The position numbers and the translations under genes were made by a program. The notes under the pieces are model-generated. The model searched no databases, was not told the origin of the DNA, and saw nothing but the letters and a program-made list of their open reading frames with translations. Positions 11,796-21,724 of a stretch of DNA of 64,000 bases are shown piece after piece (position 1 is the stretch's first letter; each line of letters starts with the position of its first letter). This DNA comes from Burkholderiales bacterium (GTDB lineage Bacteria > Pseudomonadota > Gammaproteobacteria > Burkholderiales > SG8-39): the NCBI GenBank assembly GCA_035649175.1, contig DASRKB010000084.1, positions 9,730 through 73,729 of the forward strand. Direction: 5' to 3'.

Positions 11796-12651
11796 AGAGA
11801 AGAGCCAGATAAGCAATGGAGAAGCGGAAGGCGTGCCGCGCCACGGCATCGCTGTAGGCAAACTGGATACGCAGCGCGTAAGCGAGGAAGATGCCACTCA
11901 GCACGCAGGCCGCCGCGAGGTACGCGAGGCCGCTCATGCGAATGGCGTAGGGCAGCAAGCTCGCCGCGAAGAGGATCAGCGTGTAGAGCAGGACCTGGAG
12001 CCGCGTGTAGCGCTTGCCGTGCGTGACGGGCAGCATCGGAACGCCGGCCCGCGCGTAGTCCTCGGTCCGATACAGCGCGAGAGACCAGAAGTGGGGCGGC
12101 GTCCATGCGAAGATGATCAGGAAAAGGACCATCGCCTCGACGCCCACTTCGCCGGTTACCGCTGCCCAGCCGAGCACCGGCGGCATCGCGCCCGAGGCGC
12201 CGCCGATGACGATATTCTGCGGCGTCGCAGGCTTCAGCAGCACGGTGTACACGATCGCGTAGCCGACGAACGTCGCCACGGTCAGCCACATCGTGAGCGC
12301 ATTGACGAAATGCAGCAGCACCCAGAGCCCGACGCCGCCGAGGATGCCAGCGAACGCGAGCGTCTGCACGGGGGACAGCTCGCCGCGCGGCAGCGGGCGC
12401 CAGCGCGTGCGCTGCATGAGCGCGTCGATCCTCTGCTCCACCAGACAGTTCACGGCGGCCGCTGCGCCGGCGACCATCGCGATGCCCAGCGTACCGGCGA
12501 GCAGGACCTGCGCGGGCACCATCCCGGGCGCGGCGAGGAACATGCCTATCACCGCGGTGAAGACGATCAGCGACACGACGCGAGGCTTCGTCAGCGCATA
12601 GAAGGCGCGGACACGGTGCGTGAAGCCGGCGGAGAGAACGTGGGTATTCAA
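11764..12651 (-). CDS. ctaB: Protoheme IX farnesyltransferase (heme O synthase)
   Basis: [24 protein letters not shown]..., polytopic UbiA-family pattern. Located in the cox cluster. Confidence 0.9.
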   Translation of the reverse strand: MNTHVLSAGFTHRVRAFYALTKPRVVSLIVFTAVIGMFLAAPGMVPAQVLLAGTLGIAMVAGAAAAVNCLVEQRIDALMQRTRWRPLPRGELSPVQTLAFAGILGGVGLWVLLHFVNALTMWLTVATFVGYAIVYTVLLKPATPQNIVIGGASGAMPPVLGWAAVTGEVGVEAMVLFLIIFAWTPPHFWSLALYRTEDYARAGVPMLPVTHGKRYTRLQVLLYTLILFAASLLPYAIRMSGLAYLAAACVLSGIFLAYALRIQFAYSDAVARHAFRFSIAYLALLFAALLVDHHL

Positions 12652-12676
12652 CGGGAAGCGGGCAAGTCTAGCATGC

Positions 12677-13171
12677 TCACCCGACGCCGGAGTACTTCAG
12701 GAGCCGCTGCAGATCCTTGATCATGCGCGACGGATCCGGGTCGCGCGGGAAGCGCAGCATGAGGTTGCCGAGCGGGTCGACGAGGTACACATGATCGCTC
12801 GCGAAGCGCGGGTCTTGCGCTCGCGCGATGTGCGTACCCTCGATGGCCGCGAGCAACTCCAAGCTTATCTTGCCCGAATCGCTCACCAGCCAAAGGCGCG
12901 CAACTCGGTCCATGTCCTTGCCTTGTGCGCGGCGCACCTGACGGATGAAGTAAAGCTTCTTCTCGCAGTACGCATCGCAGGCAGCCGCGTCGGCGGTGAC
13001 AAGCACCCACTTGCCGCGCAGCGCGGCGACGCTGTCGAGCGACACCGGCTGCGGCGCGAGAAGCTCGCCGTAATTGCCGGGCCGGCCGGGCGACCAGCCG
13101 AAAAGGTACGCAGCGGTGCCCAGGACGATCGGTGCCGCGCACACGAGAGCGATCAGGATGAGCCTGTTCAT
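12677..13171 (-). CDS. Cox-cluster-associated single-pass membrane protein with a CxxxC motif (function unknown)
   Basis: [24 protein letters not shown] (TM helix), then ...[26 protein letters not shown]... ATGA overlap with SURF1. The upstream part of the track ORF was discarded. Confidence 0.6.
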   Translation of the reverse strand: MNRLILIALVCAAPIVLGTAAYLFGWSPGRPGNYGELLAPQPVSLDSVAALRGKWVLVTADAAACDAYCEKKLYFIRQVRRAQGKDMDRVARLWLVSDSGKISLELLAAIEGTHIARAQDPRFASDHVYLVDPLGNLMLRFPRDPDPSRMIKDLQRLLKYSGVG

Positions 13172-13809
13172 TCCTTTTCGCCCTTCCGGAACGAAAGAAC
13201 CACCAGCAGGACGACGGCCAGTGCGGCGAGCGAGTACCACTGCATGGCGTACATCTCGTTCTTCTCCGGCCCGGAAACGGCGCGCGGCCAGTCCCGCGCC
13301 AGCCCGTCCGCCAGGCTCGAGTGCTGCTCGACCACGAACGGCAGCAGGGCGAGTCCCGTTTCGGCGGCGAAGTCCTCGACCGCGAGGTTCTGGCGCACGC
13401 GGCCGTGCGCTGCGGGCCCGGCCTGCAGGACACGCGGCAGGTGCTCGCGCACGATGCCCTCGACGAGCACTTCTCCCGCCGGCGTAGCGACGCCGGGAAT
13501 GTGCTCTCGCGTCGCGCCGCCGGCGATCCAGCCGCGGTTCACCAGCACGTGCATGTCGCTGGCGGCGAGCTTCAGCGGGGTCACTACCTCATAGCCGCTC
13601 CGCCCCTGGCGCAGCTTGTTGTCGAGCAGCACCGTGCGAGCAGGCAGGAACTCGCCGCGCACGCTGATGCGCTCGACCCGCGCTTCGGCATTGCGCTTGT
13701 CCTCGGCGCGCTGGGTTTGCCAGAGGCCGAGCGCGATGCCGGCCGCGCAAGCCGCGGCCGCGGCGGCGACGGCCCAGGGGCGCGGACGAAAAGAGTATCC
13801 TGCGGGCAT
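13168..13809 (-). CDS. SURF1-family cytochrome oxidase assembly protein
   Basis: N- and C-terminal TM helices flank ...VSVRGEFLPARTVLLDNKLRQGRSGYEVVTPLKL... (SURF1/Shy1 pattern). Cox-cluster context. Confidence 0.85.
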   Translation of the reverse strand: MPAGYSFRPRPWAVAAAAAACAAGIALGLWQTQRAEDKRNAEARVERISVRGEFLPARTVLLDNKLRQGRSGYEVVTPLKLAASDMHVLVNRGWIAGGATREHIPGVATPAGEVLVEGIVREHLPRVLQAGPAAHGRVRQNLAVEDFAAETGLALLPFVVEQHSSLADGLARDWPRAVSGPEKNEMYAMQWYSLAALAVVLLVVLSFRKGEKE

Positions 13810-14005
13810 GCGTTACGTCGTCATCGCGATGCTGATCGCGATCATCGCCAGCCTCGCCTCGGCGGCGGTGTTCATGCTGCGCAGCCGCGGCGATCCTTCG
13901 CGCATGGCGAAGGCGCTCACCTGGCGCGTGGGCCTATCGGTGGCCTTGTTCCTGCTGCTGACCCTCGGTTACGCGATGGGCTGGTTCCAGCCAGGTCGTT
14001 TATAG
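13808..14005 (+). CDS. Twin-transmembrane-helix small protein (DUF2909-like)
   Basis: MRYVVIAMLIAIIASLASAAVFMLRSRGDPSRMAKALTWRVGLSVALFLLLTLGYAMGWF, 65 aa with two TM helices. Lies on the opposite strand, wedged between SURF1 and ctaE. Confidence 0.75.
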   Translation: MRYVVIAMLIAIIASLASAAVFMLRSRGDPSRMAKALTWRVGLSVALFLLLTLGYAMGWFQPGRL

Positions 14006-14869
14006 CCAGTAGACGAAGATAAAGAGGCCGAGCCAGACGACGTCGACGAAGTGCCAGTACCACGCCACGCCCTCGAAGGCGAAATGGTGGTCGGGCTTGA
14101 AGTGCCCCTTCAGGCAGCGGAACCAGATCACCGTAAGCATGATGGCGCCGATGGTGACGTGGAAGCCGTGGAACCCGGTGAGCATGAAGAAGGTCGAGCC
14201 GTACACCCCGGTGGTCAGCTTGAGGTTCAGGTCGCTGTACGCGTGGCTGTACTCGTAGGCCTGCACGCCGAGGAAGATCACGCCGAGCGCGATGGTGGCC
14301 GCGAGCCACGCGAGGAGCTTCGGCCGGTCGTTGCGGATCAGCGCCCAGTGCGCGAACGTCACCGTCACGCCGGAAGTGAGGAGCAGCGCCGTGTTGAGGG
14401 CGGGGAGTCCCCAGGCCCCCATGACCTGGAACTGCTCGAGAAACGCCGGGCCGGCCGAGGGCCAGTGCGCGCTGAAGCCCGGCCACAGCAGCGCGTTGCT
14501 CTCGATCGTGGCGAGGTCGGGCACCGAGTACACGCGCGCCCAGAAAAGCGCGCCGAAGAAGGCGGCGAAGAACATCACCTCGGAGAAGATGAAGAGGCTC
14601 ATCCCCCAGCGGAAGGAGACATCCTCCCAGCGACCGTACCTGCCCCCCTCGGATTCGGTGATGACCTCGCCAAACCAGCGCACCATCATGTAGATGAGCA
14701 GCACCAGGCCGGCGACGATCGACACCCATCCGCCCATCATGCCGTTGAAGACGAACACCGCCCCGAGCGCCATGAGGAAGAGCGACGTCGATCCCATGAT
14801 CGGCCAGGGCATGGGCGAGGGAACGGAATAATGCTGCTGGCGTTCGGAAGTGCTTGCGCTGTGCGCCAT
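14000..14869 (-). CDS. ctaE: Cytochrome c oxidase subunit III
   Basis: HYSVPSPMPWPIMGS...FFMLTGFHGFHVTIGAIMLTV...AWYWHFVDVVWLGLFIFVYW. Confidence 0.93.
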   Translation of the reverse strand: MAHSASTSERQQHYSVPSPMPWPIMGSTSLFLMALGAVFVFNGMMGGWVSIVAGLVLLIYMMVRWFGEVITESEGGRYGRWEDVSFRWGMSLFIFSEVMFFAAFFGALFWARVYSVPDLATIESNALLWPGFSAHWPSAGPAFLEQFQVMGAWGLPALNTALLLTSGVTVTFAHWALIRNDRPKLLAWLAATIALGVIFLGVQAYEYSHAYSDLNLKLTTGVYGSTFFMLTGFHGFHVTIGAIMLTVIWFRCLKGHFKPDHHFAFEGVAWYWHFVDVVWLGLFIFVYWL

Positions 14870-14885
14870 GTTGGTTCTTCTCCCT

Positions 14886-15050
14886 TCAGCTGGTGACGAT
14901 GCGGACCACCGCCAGCAGCGTCAATACAAAAAGCACGACGAAAAGCACCGCGGCGATCGCGAGGTGCAGCGGCTTGAGCGGAGCTCGCTCGTGGTCCTGC
15001 CTGCGCCGGATGCCGAGCGCACCCCAGAGCACTGTCTTCACCGTCTCCAT
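14886..15050 (-). CDS. Small membrane protein (DUF2970-like)
   Basis: METVKTVLWGALGIRRRQDHERAPLKPLHLAIAAVLFVVLFVLTLLAVVRIVTS. ATGA overlap with the ctaG stop. The track ORF is over-extended upstream. Confidence 0.65.
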   Translation of the reverse strand: METVKTVLWGALGIRRRQDHERAPLKPLHLAIAAVLFVVLFVLTLLAVVRIVTS

Positions 15051-15580
15051 CACGAGCTTCCTCCCCGGCCCGCCACCTGGAAGAAGGTGTAGGACACGGC
15101 GATGGTGCTGATGTCGCGCGGCAGCTTCGGATCGACGACAAACGTCACCGGCATGCGGCGCGTCTCGCCCGCGGCGAGCGTCTGCTGCGTGAAGCAGAAG
15201 CATTCCAGCTTCTTGAAGTACTCGCCGGCGTGCTGAGGGCCGTAGCTCGGCACCGCCTGGCCCGTGACCGGCGCGCCGCGCACGTTCACGACCTCGTACT
15301 CGACGGTTGCGAGCTCACCGGGGTGCACCGTGATGTGCCGCACCAGCGGCTTGAAGCGCCATGGCAGGTCGTGCGCGTTCGAATCGAGCTCGATGGTGAT
15401 GGTCCGGGAGGGGTCGACCTGCGTATTGACGACCTCGTCGGCCTTCAGCAGGCTGTTCACGCCAAGCGCCGCGCAGATCTGGTTGTAGAAGGGTACGAGC
15501 GCAAAGCCGAAGCCGAACATTGCCACCGCCACGATGGCGAGCCGGCGGGAAGTTCGGCGATTCTCCTCTTGCAGGCTCAT
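15050..15580 (-). CDS. ctaG: Cytochrome c oxidase assembly protein CtaG/Cox11
   Basis: AIVAVAMFGFGFALVPFYNQICAALGVN...LECFCFTQQTL (Cox11 CFCF copper motif). Confidence 0.9.
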   Translation of the reverse strand: MSLQEENRRTSRRLAIVAVAMFGFGFALVPFYNQICAALGVNSLLKADEVVNTQVDPSRTITIELDSNAHDLPWRFKPLVRHITVHPGELATVEYEVVNVRGAPVTGQAVPSYGPQHAGEYFKKLECFCFTQQTLAAGETRRMPVTFVVDPKLPRDISTIAVSYTFFQVAGRGGSS

Positions 15581-15672
15581 CCGTTCAGCAGCCAGTATTT
15601 AGCGATGATGCCGACGAAGAACGCGGCGGCGATCGATGCGAGCACCAGAGCGGTTTTGGCGTTCTTGCTCAC
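15577..15672 (-). CDS. 31-aa single-TM micro-protein immediately after ctaD
   Basis: A GTG start overlaps the ctaD stop (GTGA): [31 protein letters not shown]. In the track it appears only as the tail of a spurious 521-aa ORF. Confidence 0.5.
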   Translation of the reverse strand: MSKNAKTALVLASIAAAFFVGIIAKYWLLNG

Positions 15673-17274
15673 TTCACCACGGGTTGAGTTTCGAAGCTGT
15701 GGTAAGGCGCCGGCGTCGGCAGGTGCGTCCACTCGAGCGAGTCGGCGCCTTCCCAGGGCTTCTGCGGGGCTTTCTCGCCGCTGCGGATGCACTTGACCAC
15801 GATGTACAGGAAGAGCAGCTGCGCGAGTCCCATGCCGAATGCGCCGATCGAGGAGATGGCGTTCCAGGTCTCGAACATGAGCGGATAGTCCGGAATGCGC
15901 CGCGGCATGCCGGCAAGCCCCAGGAAGTGCTGCACGAAGAAGATCATGTTGAAGAAGATCAGCGTCAGCCAGAAGTGCAGCTTGCCCAACCGCTCGTCGT
16001 ACATGCGCCCGGTCCACTTCGGCAGCCAGAAGTAGACGCCGGCGAAGGCGGCGAAGAGCGCGCCCGCCACCATCACGTAGTGGAAGTGCGCCACCACGTA
16101 GTAGGTGTCGTGCAGCTGGATGTCGATCAGCACGAGCGAGAGCACGAGGCCGGTGAAGCCGCCGAGGGTGAACATGAACAGGAACCCGAGGGCGAAGAGC
16201 ATCGGCGTCTCGAAGGTCAGCGAGCCCTTCCACATGGTCGCCACCCAATTGAAGACCTTCACGCCGGTAGGCACCGCGATGAGCGTGGTGGCGTACATGA
16301 AGAAGAGCTGACCCGTGACCGGCATGCCCACCGTATACATATGGTGGGCCCACACGATGAACGACAGGATCGCGATGGCGGAGGTCGCGTACACCATCGA
16401 CGCGTAGCCGAAGAGCGGCTTGCGCGAGAACGCCGGGATCACCTGCGAGATCACGCCGAACCCAGGCAGCGCGATGATGTAGACCTCGGGGTGGCCGAAG
16501 AACCAGAAGATGTGCTGGTAGAGCACCGGATCGCCGCCGCCCGCGGCGTTGAAGAACGTGGTGCCGAAATGCCGGTCGGTGAGCGTCATGGTCACCGCAC
16601 CGGCGAGCACCGGCATCGCCGCCACCAGCAGGTACGCGGTGATGAGCCAGGTCCAGACGAAGAGCGGCATTTTCATCAGCGTCATCCCCGGCGCGCGCAT
16701 GTTGAGGATGGTGGTGATGATGTTGATCGAGCCCAGGATCGAGCTCATTCCGAGGATGTGCACAGCGAAGATCGTGAGGTCCATCCCGATGCCCATCTGC
16801 ACCGTCAGCGGCGCGTACATCGTCCAGCCCACGCCCGGGGCGCCACCGGGCATGAAGAAGGAGAGCACAAGCAGGGTCGCGGCGAAGGGCAGCAGCCAGA
16901 ACGACCAGTTGTTCAGGCGCGCGAAGGCCATGTCGGGCGCGCCGATCATCATCGGGATCTGCCAGTTCGCGAAGCCGACGAACACCGGCATGATGGCGCC
17001 GAACACCATGATGAGCCCGTGCATCGTGGTGAGCTGGTTGAAGAAGTCCGGGTTGGTCCACTGCAGCCCCGGCGAGAACAGCTCCAGGCGGATCCCCACG
17101 GCCATGAGGCCGCCGATGCCGAACATGATGAAGCTGAACCACAGGTACAGCGTGCCGATGTCCTTGTGGTTCGTGGTGGTGATCCAGCGCATGATGCCGC
17201 TGTATCCCCCGTGGTGATCACCGTGCCCGTGGGCGTGATCGTGGCCGTGTACCACAGCGCTCATGTCTATTTCC
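15669..17274 (-). CDS. ctaD: Cytochrome c oxidase subunit I
   Basis: [18 protein letters not shown]...[17 protein letters not shown]...[12 protein letters not shown]...WAHHMYTVG...HFHYVMV. The 999-aa track ORF is an artefactual upstream extension across ctaC. Confidence 0.95.
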
Positions 17275-18391
17275 TTCTTTCCTTGACTTCGGCGGGCTGA
17301 ACCTCGCTCGCCTTGTTCCCCCAGGACTTCCGCGTGAAGGTGATCACCGCCGCGATGTCGGTGTCGGACAGCTGCTTGCCGAAGGCCGCCATGGCGGTGC
17401 CGGGCCGGCCGTTCAGCACGGTGTCGATCTGTCCCTCCTCGGGTCCGTTCACCACCTTGGACCCGGCGAGCGGCGGGAAGGCGGGCGGCACGCCGCGCCC
17501 GGTGCCCTGGTGGCAGGCCACGCAGTTGGCCGCGTAGACCTTCTCGCCCCTGGCGAGCAGCTCGTCGACGCTCCAGGTCTTGGAGGCGTCCTCGGCCGAG
17601 GCGCTCATCACCTTCTTGCGCTCGCCCACCCACTTGGAATAGTCCTCCGGGGACACGACGCGCACCACGATCGGCATGAAGGCATGCTCCTTGCCGCAGA
17701 GCTCGGTGCACTGCCCGCGGAAGGTGCCGGTCTCCTCGGCGCGGAACCAGATGTCGCGCAGGAACCCGGGAATCGCATCCTGTTTGGCCCCGAAGGCCGG
17801 GATCCACCAGGCGTGGATCACGTCGGCGGCAGTCACGATGACGCGCACCTTCTTGCCGACCGGCACAACGACCTCGTTGTCGACCTCGAGGAGATAGTTC
17901 TCGCCCTTCGGCGCATTGCCCTCGATCTGGTCGCGCGGCGTGGCGAGCGTGGACAGGAAACTGATGCCCTCGCCCTCTCCCTTGATGTAGTCGTATCCCC
18001 ACTTCCATTGGTAGCCGGTGACCTTGATCGTGAGGTCCGGCGCGGAGGTGTCCTTCTGCGCGATTACGGTCTTCGTCACCGGCCAGGCGATGATCACAAG
18101 GATGATCGCCGGGATGACCGTCCAGAGGATCTCGACCGTGGTGTTCTCGTGGAACTGCTCCGCCTGGTGGCCTTTGGACTTGCGGTGCGCGTATACCGAC
18201 CAGAACATGAAGCCGAACACGCCGATGAAGATGACGATGATCAGCCACATGATGTACTGGTGCAGCTGGTCGATGTCGCGCGCGATGCCCGAGGCGGGCG
18301 TCTGGAAGTACCAGGCGATGGCGTGCGCCGCCCCCGCGTTGGCGAGACCGGCAAGGCCCGCCAGGATCGAAAGGACTCTCATACCCCTCAT
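17267..18391 (-). CDS. ctaC: Cytochrome c oxidase subunit II with a fused C-terminal cytochrome c domain
   Basis: Signal peptide, two TM helices, CuA site [12 protein letters not shown], and a C-terminal CVACH heme-binding motif. Confidence 0.95.
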   Translation of the reverse strand: MRGMRVLSILAGLAGLANAGAAHAIAWYFQTPASGIARDIDQLHQYIMWLIIVIFIGVFGFMFWSVYAHRKSKGHQAEQFHENTTVEILWTVIPAIILVIIAWPVTKTVIAQKDTSAPDLTIKVTGYQWKWGYDYIKGEGEGISFLSTLATPRDQIEGNAPKGENYLLEVDNEVVVPVGKKVRVIVTAADVIHAWWIPAFGAKQDAIPGFLRDIWFRAEETGTFRGQCTELCGKEHAFMPIVVRVVSPEDYSKWVGERKKVMSASAEDASKTWSVDELLARGEKVYAANCVACHQGTGRGVPPAFPPLAGSKVVNGPEEGQIDTVLNGRPGTAMAAFGKQLSDTDIAAVITFTRKSWGNKASEVQPAEVKERRK

Positions 18392-18408
18392 GTGCGTCGT
18401 TCCCCGAA

Positions 18409-18912
18409 TCAGATCCGCAGTCTTCTCTCGAGCCCCGCGGCAAGCCTGGCGCGCGCTCCGGCGTCCAGGTTGCGGCCGACTTCCAGCTCTTCTTGTGGTC
18501 CCCGCAGCAACACCCGTCCTTTGTCAAGGCACACCCGCAGCCGGCGCGGGTCGAGCTCGTAGCGCGTCGTGCTCGCCCCCTCGGCGACCTCGATGCTGAG
18601 GCGGCCGGACGTGAGCGCGATGCGCTCGTAGTCACCGGCATGGCGGGCGTACGCCACGAACGCCGCACCCAGTAGCAGCGCCTCCAGGCCCGCGAAGGGC
18701 AGCACCAGCCATGCGCCCGCCGCCGCGAACCCTGCTCCGATCGCGAGCACCGCAGCCGCCAGCGCGGCGAAGACGCACCCCAGGCTGGCCGGCGAGATCG
18801 AGCAGTTGCGCTTGAGGATCAGGCTGAAGCCGCCGCGCTCGTCCCGGAACTCCAGCGCGCGCCGCGGAGTGTCGAGGCTCGGCGTGTCCACGGAAGGCGC
18901 GTAAGTTACCAC
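18409..18912 (-). CDS. DUF2244-like integral membrane protein upstream of ctaC
   Basis: ...[55 protein letters not shown]... (two TM helices). The start is uncertain: GTG 18912 was chosen because codons upstream of it lose the G/C third-position bias. Confidence 0.7.
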   Translation of the reverse strand: MVTYAPSVDTPSLDTPRRALEFRDERGGFSLILKRNCSISPASLGCVFAALAAAVLAIGAGFAAAGAWLVLPFAGLEALLLGAAFVAYARHAGDYERIALTSGRLSIEVAEGASTTRYELDPRRLRVCLDKGRVLLRGPQEELEVGRNLDAGARARLAAGLERRLRI

Positions 18913-18928
18913 AGGAGATTGCGCCGTC

Positions 18929-19741
18929 TCAAGGAATGCGCTTGAAAACACGAACGGTTTTCATCTGCTCGCGCTTCCAGCCGTGGCCGTACACCACCTC
19001 GAAGCTTGCGCGCGGCGCAAGCCGGGCGCGCAGTCGCGCGGCGAAGCGCCGGCCGGCGAGGCCGCGGGGCCGGTCGGCCCGGGCGTTGGTCTGCCCGCTG
19101 CGGCGCAGATCCTGCAGGAGCTCCTGCGGATCGCGGTAGGCGATCTCGAGCATCTCCATGTCCATCACCGGCGCCGAGAGCCCCGCCGCGACGAGCAGGT
19201 CGCCCACGTCGTGCATGTCGAAGAACGCATGCACGCGCCCCGCGCCGGCCGCGGCGCGCAACTCCTTCAGCGTGTCGGGCCCCAGCGTGCTGAACATGAC
19301 GAGGCCGCCCGGGGCGAGGACGCGCTCGAACTCTCGCAGCGCTGCGGCCGGATCGCGCGCCCAATGTAGCGCCATGTTCGACCAGACGAGATCGAAGCTG
19401 CCGTCGGCGAAGGGAGCCTGAACTATATCGCCGCATAGCAGGATCCGTTTGTCGAATAGTCGGCGCCGAAGGTGAGGCAGCGCGAAGTCCAAGGCGAACA
19501 GTCGCGACTTCGGATACCGGCGCATCAGCGCCTTAGCCTCGCGCGCCGGCCCGCAGCCGGCGTCCAGGATGCGCCGCGGCGCGATTCTCAGGTACTCGAG
19601 CCGCTCGAGCATGCGGCCGCCGACCTCCGACTCCATGCGCGACGCGCCGGCGTAGGTCGAAGCCGCGCGCTCGAAACGGCGGCGAGCCGTGCGGGCATCA
19701 ACCGCGGGAAAGCGCTCGCTCAACGGCAGCGGCGACGGCAA
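18929..19741 (-). CDS. Class I SAM-dependent methyltransferase (BioC-like)
   Basis: RRFERAASTYAGAS...ILDAGCGPA (motif I)...FDLVWSNMALHWARDP. Overlaps the 3' end of the amidase gene by 44 nt, so the start is uncertain. Confidence 0.8.
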   Translation of the reverse strand: MPSPLPLSERFPAVDARTARRRFERAASTYAGASRMESEVGGRMLERLEYLRIAPRRILDAGCGPAREAKALMRRYPKSRLFALDFALPHLRRRLFDKRILLCGDIVQAPFADGSFDLVWSNMALHWARDPAAALREFERVLAPGGLVMFSTLGPDTLKELRAAAGAGRVHAFFDMHDVGDLLVAAGLSAPVMDMEMLEIAYRDPQELLQDLRRSGQTNARADRPRGLAGRRFAARLRARLAPRASFEVVYGHGWKREQMKTVRVFKRIP

Positions 19742-21041
19742 GAACGCGCCGGTCGGTCATCGCGGGGCCACCGACCATGAAGCCGACGGGCGCGGCGCCC
19801 GGCTCGTGGCAGGGCACGGTGGCCGCGCAGCCATCGAGGAAGTTAAACAGCCCGGTGTTGCGCATGATGCGGAAGTTCCACCGGAAGTACGCGTCATCGC
19901 TCGCCTCGGTCTCGGCGATGGCGGGGGCGAGGCAGGGGGTCGTCGGCATCACGATCGCGTCGTAGGGCGCGGCGAGCGCCTCGACCTCGCCGATGAACGC
20001 CTGGCGAAGCTCCAGGATCCCCACATAGTCCGCGGCGCTGATGTCTTTCCCGAGAAGCACGCGCTTGCCCACGCGCGGGTCGTATTCCGCAAGCCGCTCG
20101 AGCCACGGCCGGTGGATGTGATAGGCCTCGGCGCCGGCGAGCCCACCGCCCTTGAAGTACTCCGCCTGCCGGTCGAACGCGGGGACGGGCACCTCGGCGA
20201 TCACCACCCCCGCTTCCGAGAGCCTCCTCAAGGCGCCTTGGAAAGCCCTCTCGACTTCGGCATCGAGATCCTCGAGTGCCGAAGAGTGCGGAAGCAGAAG
20301 GCGCAGGCCCTTCAGCGGCATTTCCGGTAGCGGCAACGCCGGCTCACCGGCCAGGATCGCGTCGTACGCCGCGCAGCAGCGGATCGAGTTAGCGAGAGGC
20401 CCCACGGAGTCGAGCGTGGTGGAGAGCGGAAAGGCACCTTCGCGCGGCACGCGGCGCGCGGTCGGCTTGAAGCCCGCTACGCCGCACAACGCGGCCGGTT
20501 GGCGTATCGAGCCGCGCGTGTCCGAGCCGAGCGCCATCACGCACATGCCATCGGCCTGCGCGACCGCGCCTCCCGACGTGGATCCGCCCGGCACCCGCCC
20601 GATGCGGCGATCCCAGGGATTGCGCGGCGTCCCATAGTGCGCGTTGAGCCCGACGCCGCCGAACGCGAACTCCACCATGTTGGTGCGGCCGATGAACACC
20701 GCTCCGGCGGCGCGCAGTCGGGCGACCGCCGGGCAGTCCACCGGCTTCGGCGGCGAGTTCTGCAGCACCCGGGAGCCCGCGCGAGTGACTTCACCTGCCA
20801 CGTCGAAAAGGTCCTTCAGCGACACCGGCAGGCCGTCGACCGGCGAGCGGCGCACGCCGCGCTTGCGCAGGGCGTCCGCTTGCTCCGCGTCCGCGCGCGC
20901 GCCGTCGGCATTCACCTGCAGGAAGGCGCGCGAGCCTTCACCGGATCTCTCGCCGATGCGCGCGAGCGCCTGCTCGACGAGATCGCGGCTCGACGTGCGC
21001 CCCGCCGCCAGGTCGGCGCCGAGCTGCGCTACAGTCCACAT
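19698..21041 (-). CDS. Amidase-signature family enzyme
   Basis: Start at MWTVAQLGADLAAGR...; PVSLKDLFDVAGEVTRAGS...GGSTSGGAVA...GSDTRGSIRQPAALCG (amidase signature, Ser-cisSer-Lys type). Confidence 0.85.
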   Translation of the reverse strand: MWTVAQLGADLAAGRTSSRDLVEQALARIGERSGEGSRAFLQVNADGARADAEQADALRKRGVRRSPVDGLPVSLKDLFDVAGEVTRAGSRVLQNSPPKPVDCPAVARLRAAGAVFIGRTNMVEFAFGGVGLNAHYGTPRNPWDRRIGRVPGGSTSGGAVAQADGMCVMALGSDTRGSIRQPAALCGVAGFKPTARRVPREGAFPLSTTLDSVGPLANSIRCCAAYDAILAGEPALPLPEMPLKGLRLLLPHSSALEDLDAEVERAFQGALRRLSEAGVVIAEVPVPAFDRQAEYFKGGGLAGAEAYHIHRPWLERLAEYDPRVGKRVLLGKDISAADYVGILELRQAFIGEVEALAAPYDAIVMPTTPCLAPAIAETEASDDAYFRWNFRIMRNTGLFNFLDGCAATVPCHEPGAAPVGFMVGGPAMTDRRVLAVAAAVERALSRG

Positions 21042-21055
21042 CGGGGAAAGATAGC

Positions 21056-21724
21056 ATGCGCGCACGCCTCGCCAGCCTGATGTTCGGCGGAAGCTGCTTC
21101 CTTTGCCGCGGGGGGGCGAGCGAGTTGCTTTGCCCGTCCTGCGAGGCCGACCTGCCACGGCTCGCGCCGGGGCGCTGCCCGCGCTGCGCGCTTCCCTCGC
21201 CGTCCGGGGAAGCCTGTGGACGCTGTATCGCGCAACCTCCGCACTACGACGCCACCGTCGCAGCGCTTGCGTACGCTTTCCCCGCTGATGCGCTCGTGCA
21301 CGCTCTCAAGTTCCGCGGCGAGCTCTCGCTCGCGGCGCTGCTCGCCGGCTTTCTTTCCGCAAGCGTCAATTCGGGGGCGGACTTCGTCGTCCCCGTTCCG
21401 CTTTCCCGGGAGCGCCTCAGGCAGCGCGGTTACAACCAGGCGCTCGAGATCGCGCGACACCTGGGCCGGGGCAGGCCTCTCGCCGCCACATGCGAGCGCC
21501 GGCGCGACACCGCGCCGCAGATCGGGCTGCCCCATGACGAGCGGCGCCGCAACGTGAAGGGCTGCTTCACCGCGACACGCGCGTTCGACCACGCGGTGGT
21601 CGCGGTCGTTGACGACGTGATGACCACCGGCGCGACACTCGACGAGATGGCGAGGACGCTCAAGGCGGCCGGCGCCTCCCGGGTGGTGAACTGGGTGGTG
21701 GCACGGACGCTGCTCGATGCTTGA
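21056..21724 (+). CDS. ComF-family phosphoribosyltransferase-like protein
   Basis: N-terminal Cys pairs CFLC...CPSC...CPRC...CGRC and a C-terminal PRTase motif VVDDVMTTGATL. Confidence 0.85.
   Translation: MRARLASLMFGGSCFLCRGGASELLCPSCEADLPRLAPGRCPRCALPSPSGEACGRCIAQPPHYDATVAALAYAFPADALVHALKFRGELSLAALLAGFLSASVNSGADFVVPVPLSRERLRQRGYNQALEIARHLGRGRPLAATCERRRDTAPQIGLPHDERRRNVKGCFTATRAFDHAVVAVVDDVMTTGATLDEMARTLKAAGASRVVNWVVARTLLDA

Noticed and set aside
15669-18668. 999-aa ORF in the track spanning ctaD and the whole of ctaC
   Set aside because: Only the last 535 codons (from [10 protein letters not shown]... at 17274) are cytochrome oxidase subunit I. The upstream 464 codons run out of frame across the well-supported ctaC gene and read as Arg/Pro/Gly-rich nonsense typical of open frames in GC-rich DNA.
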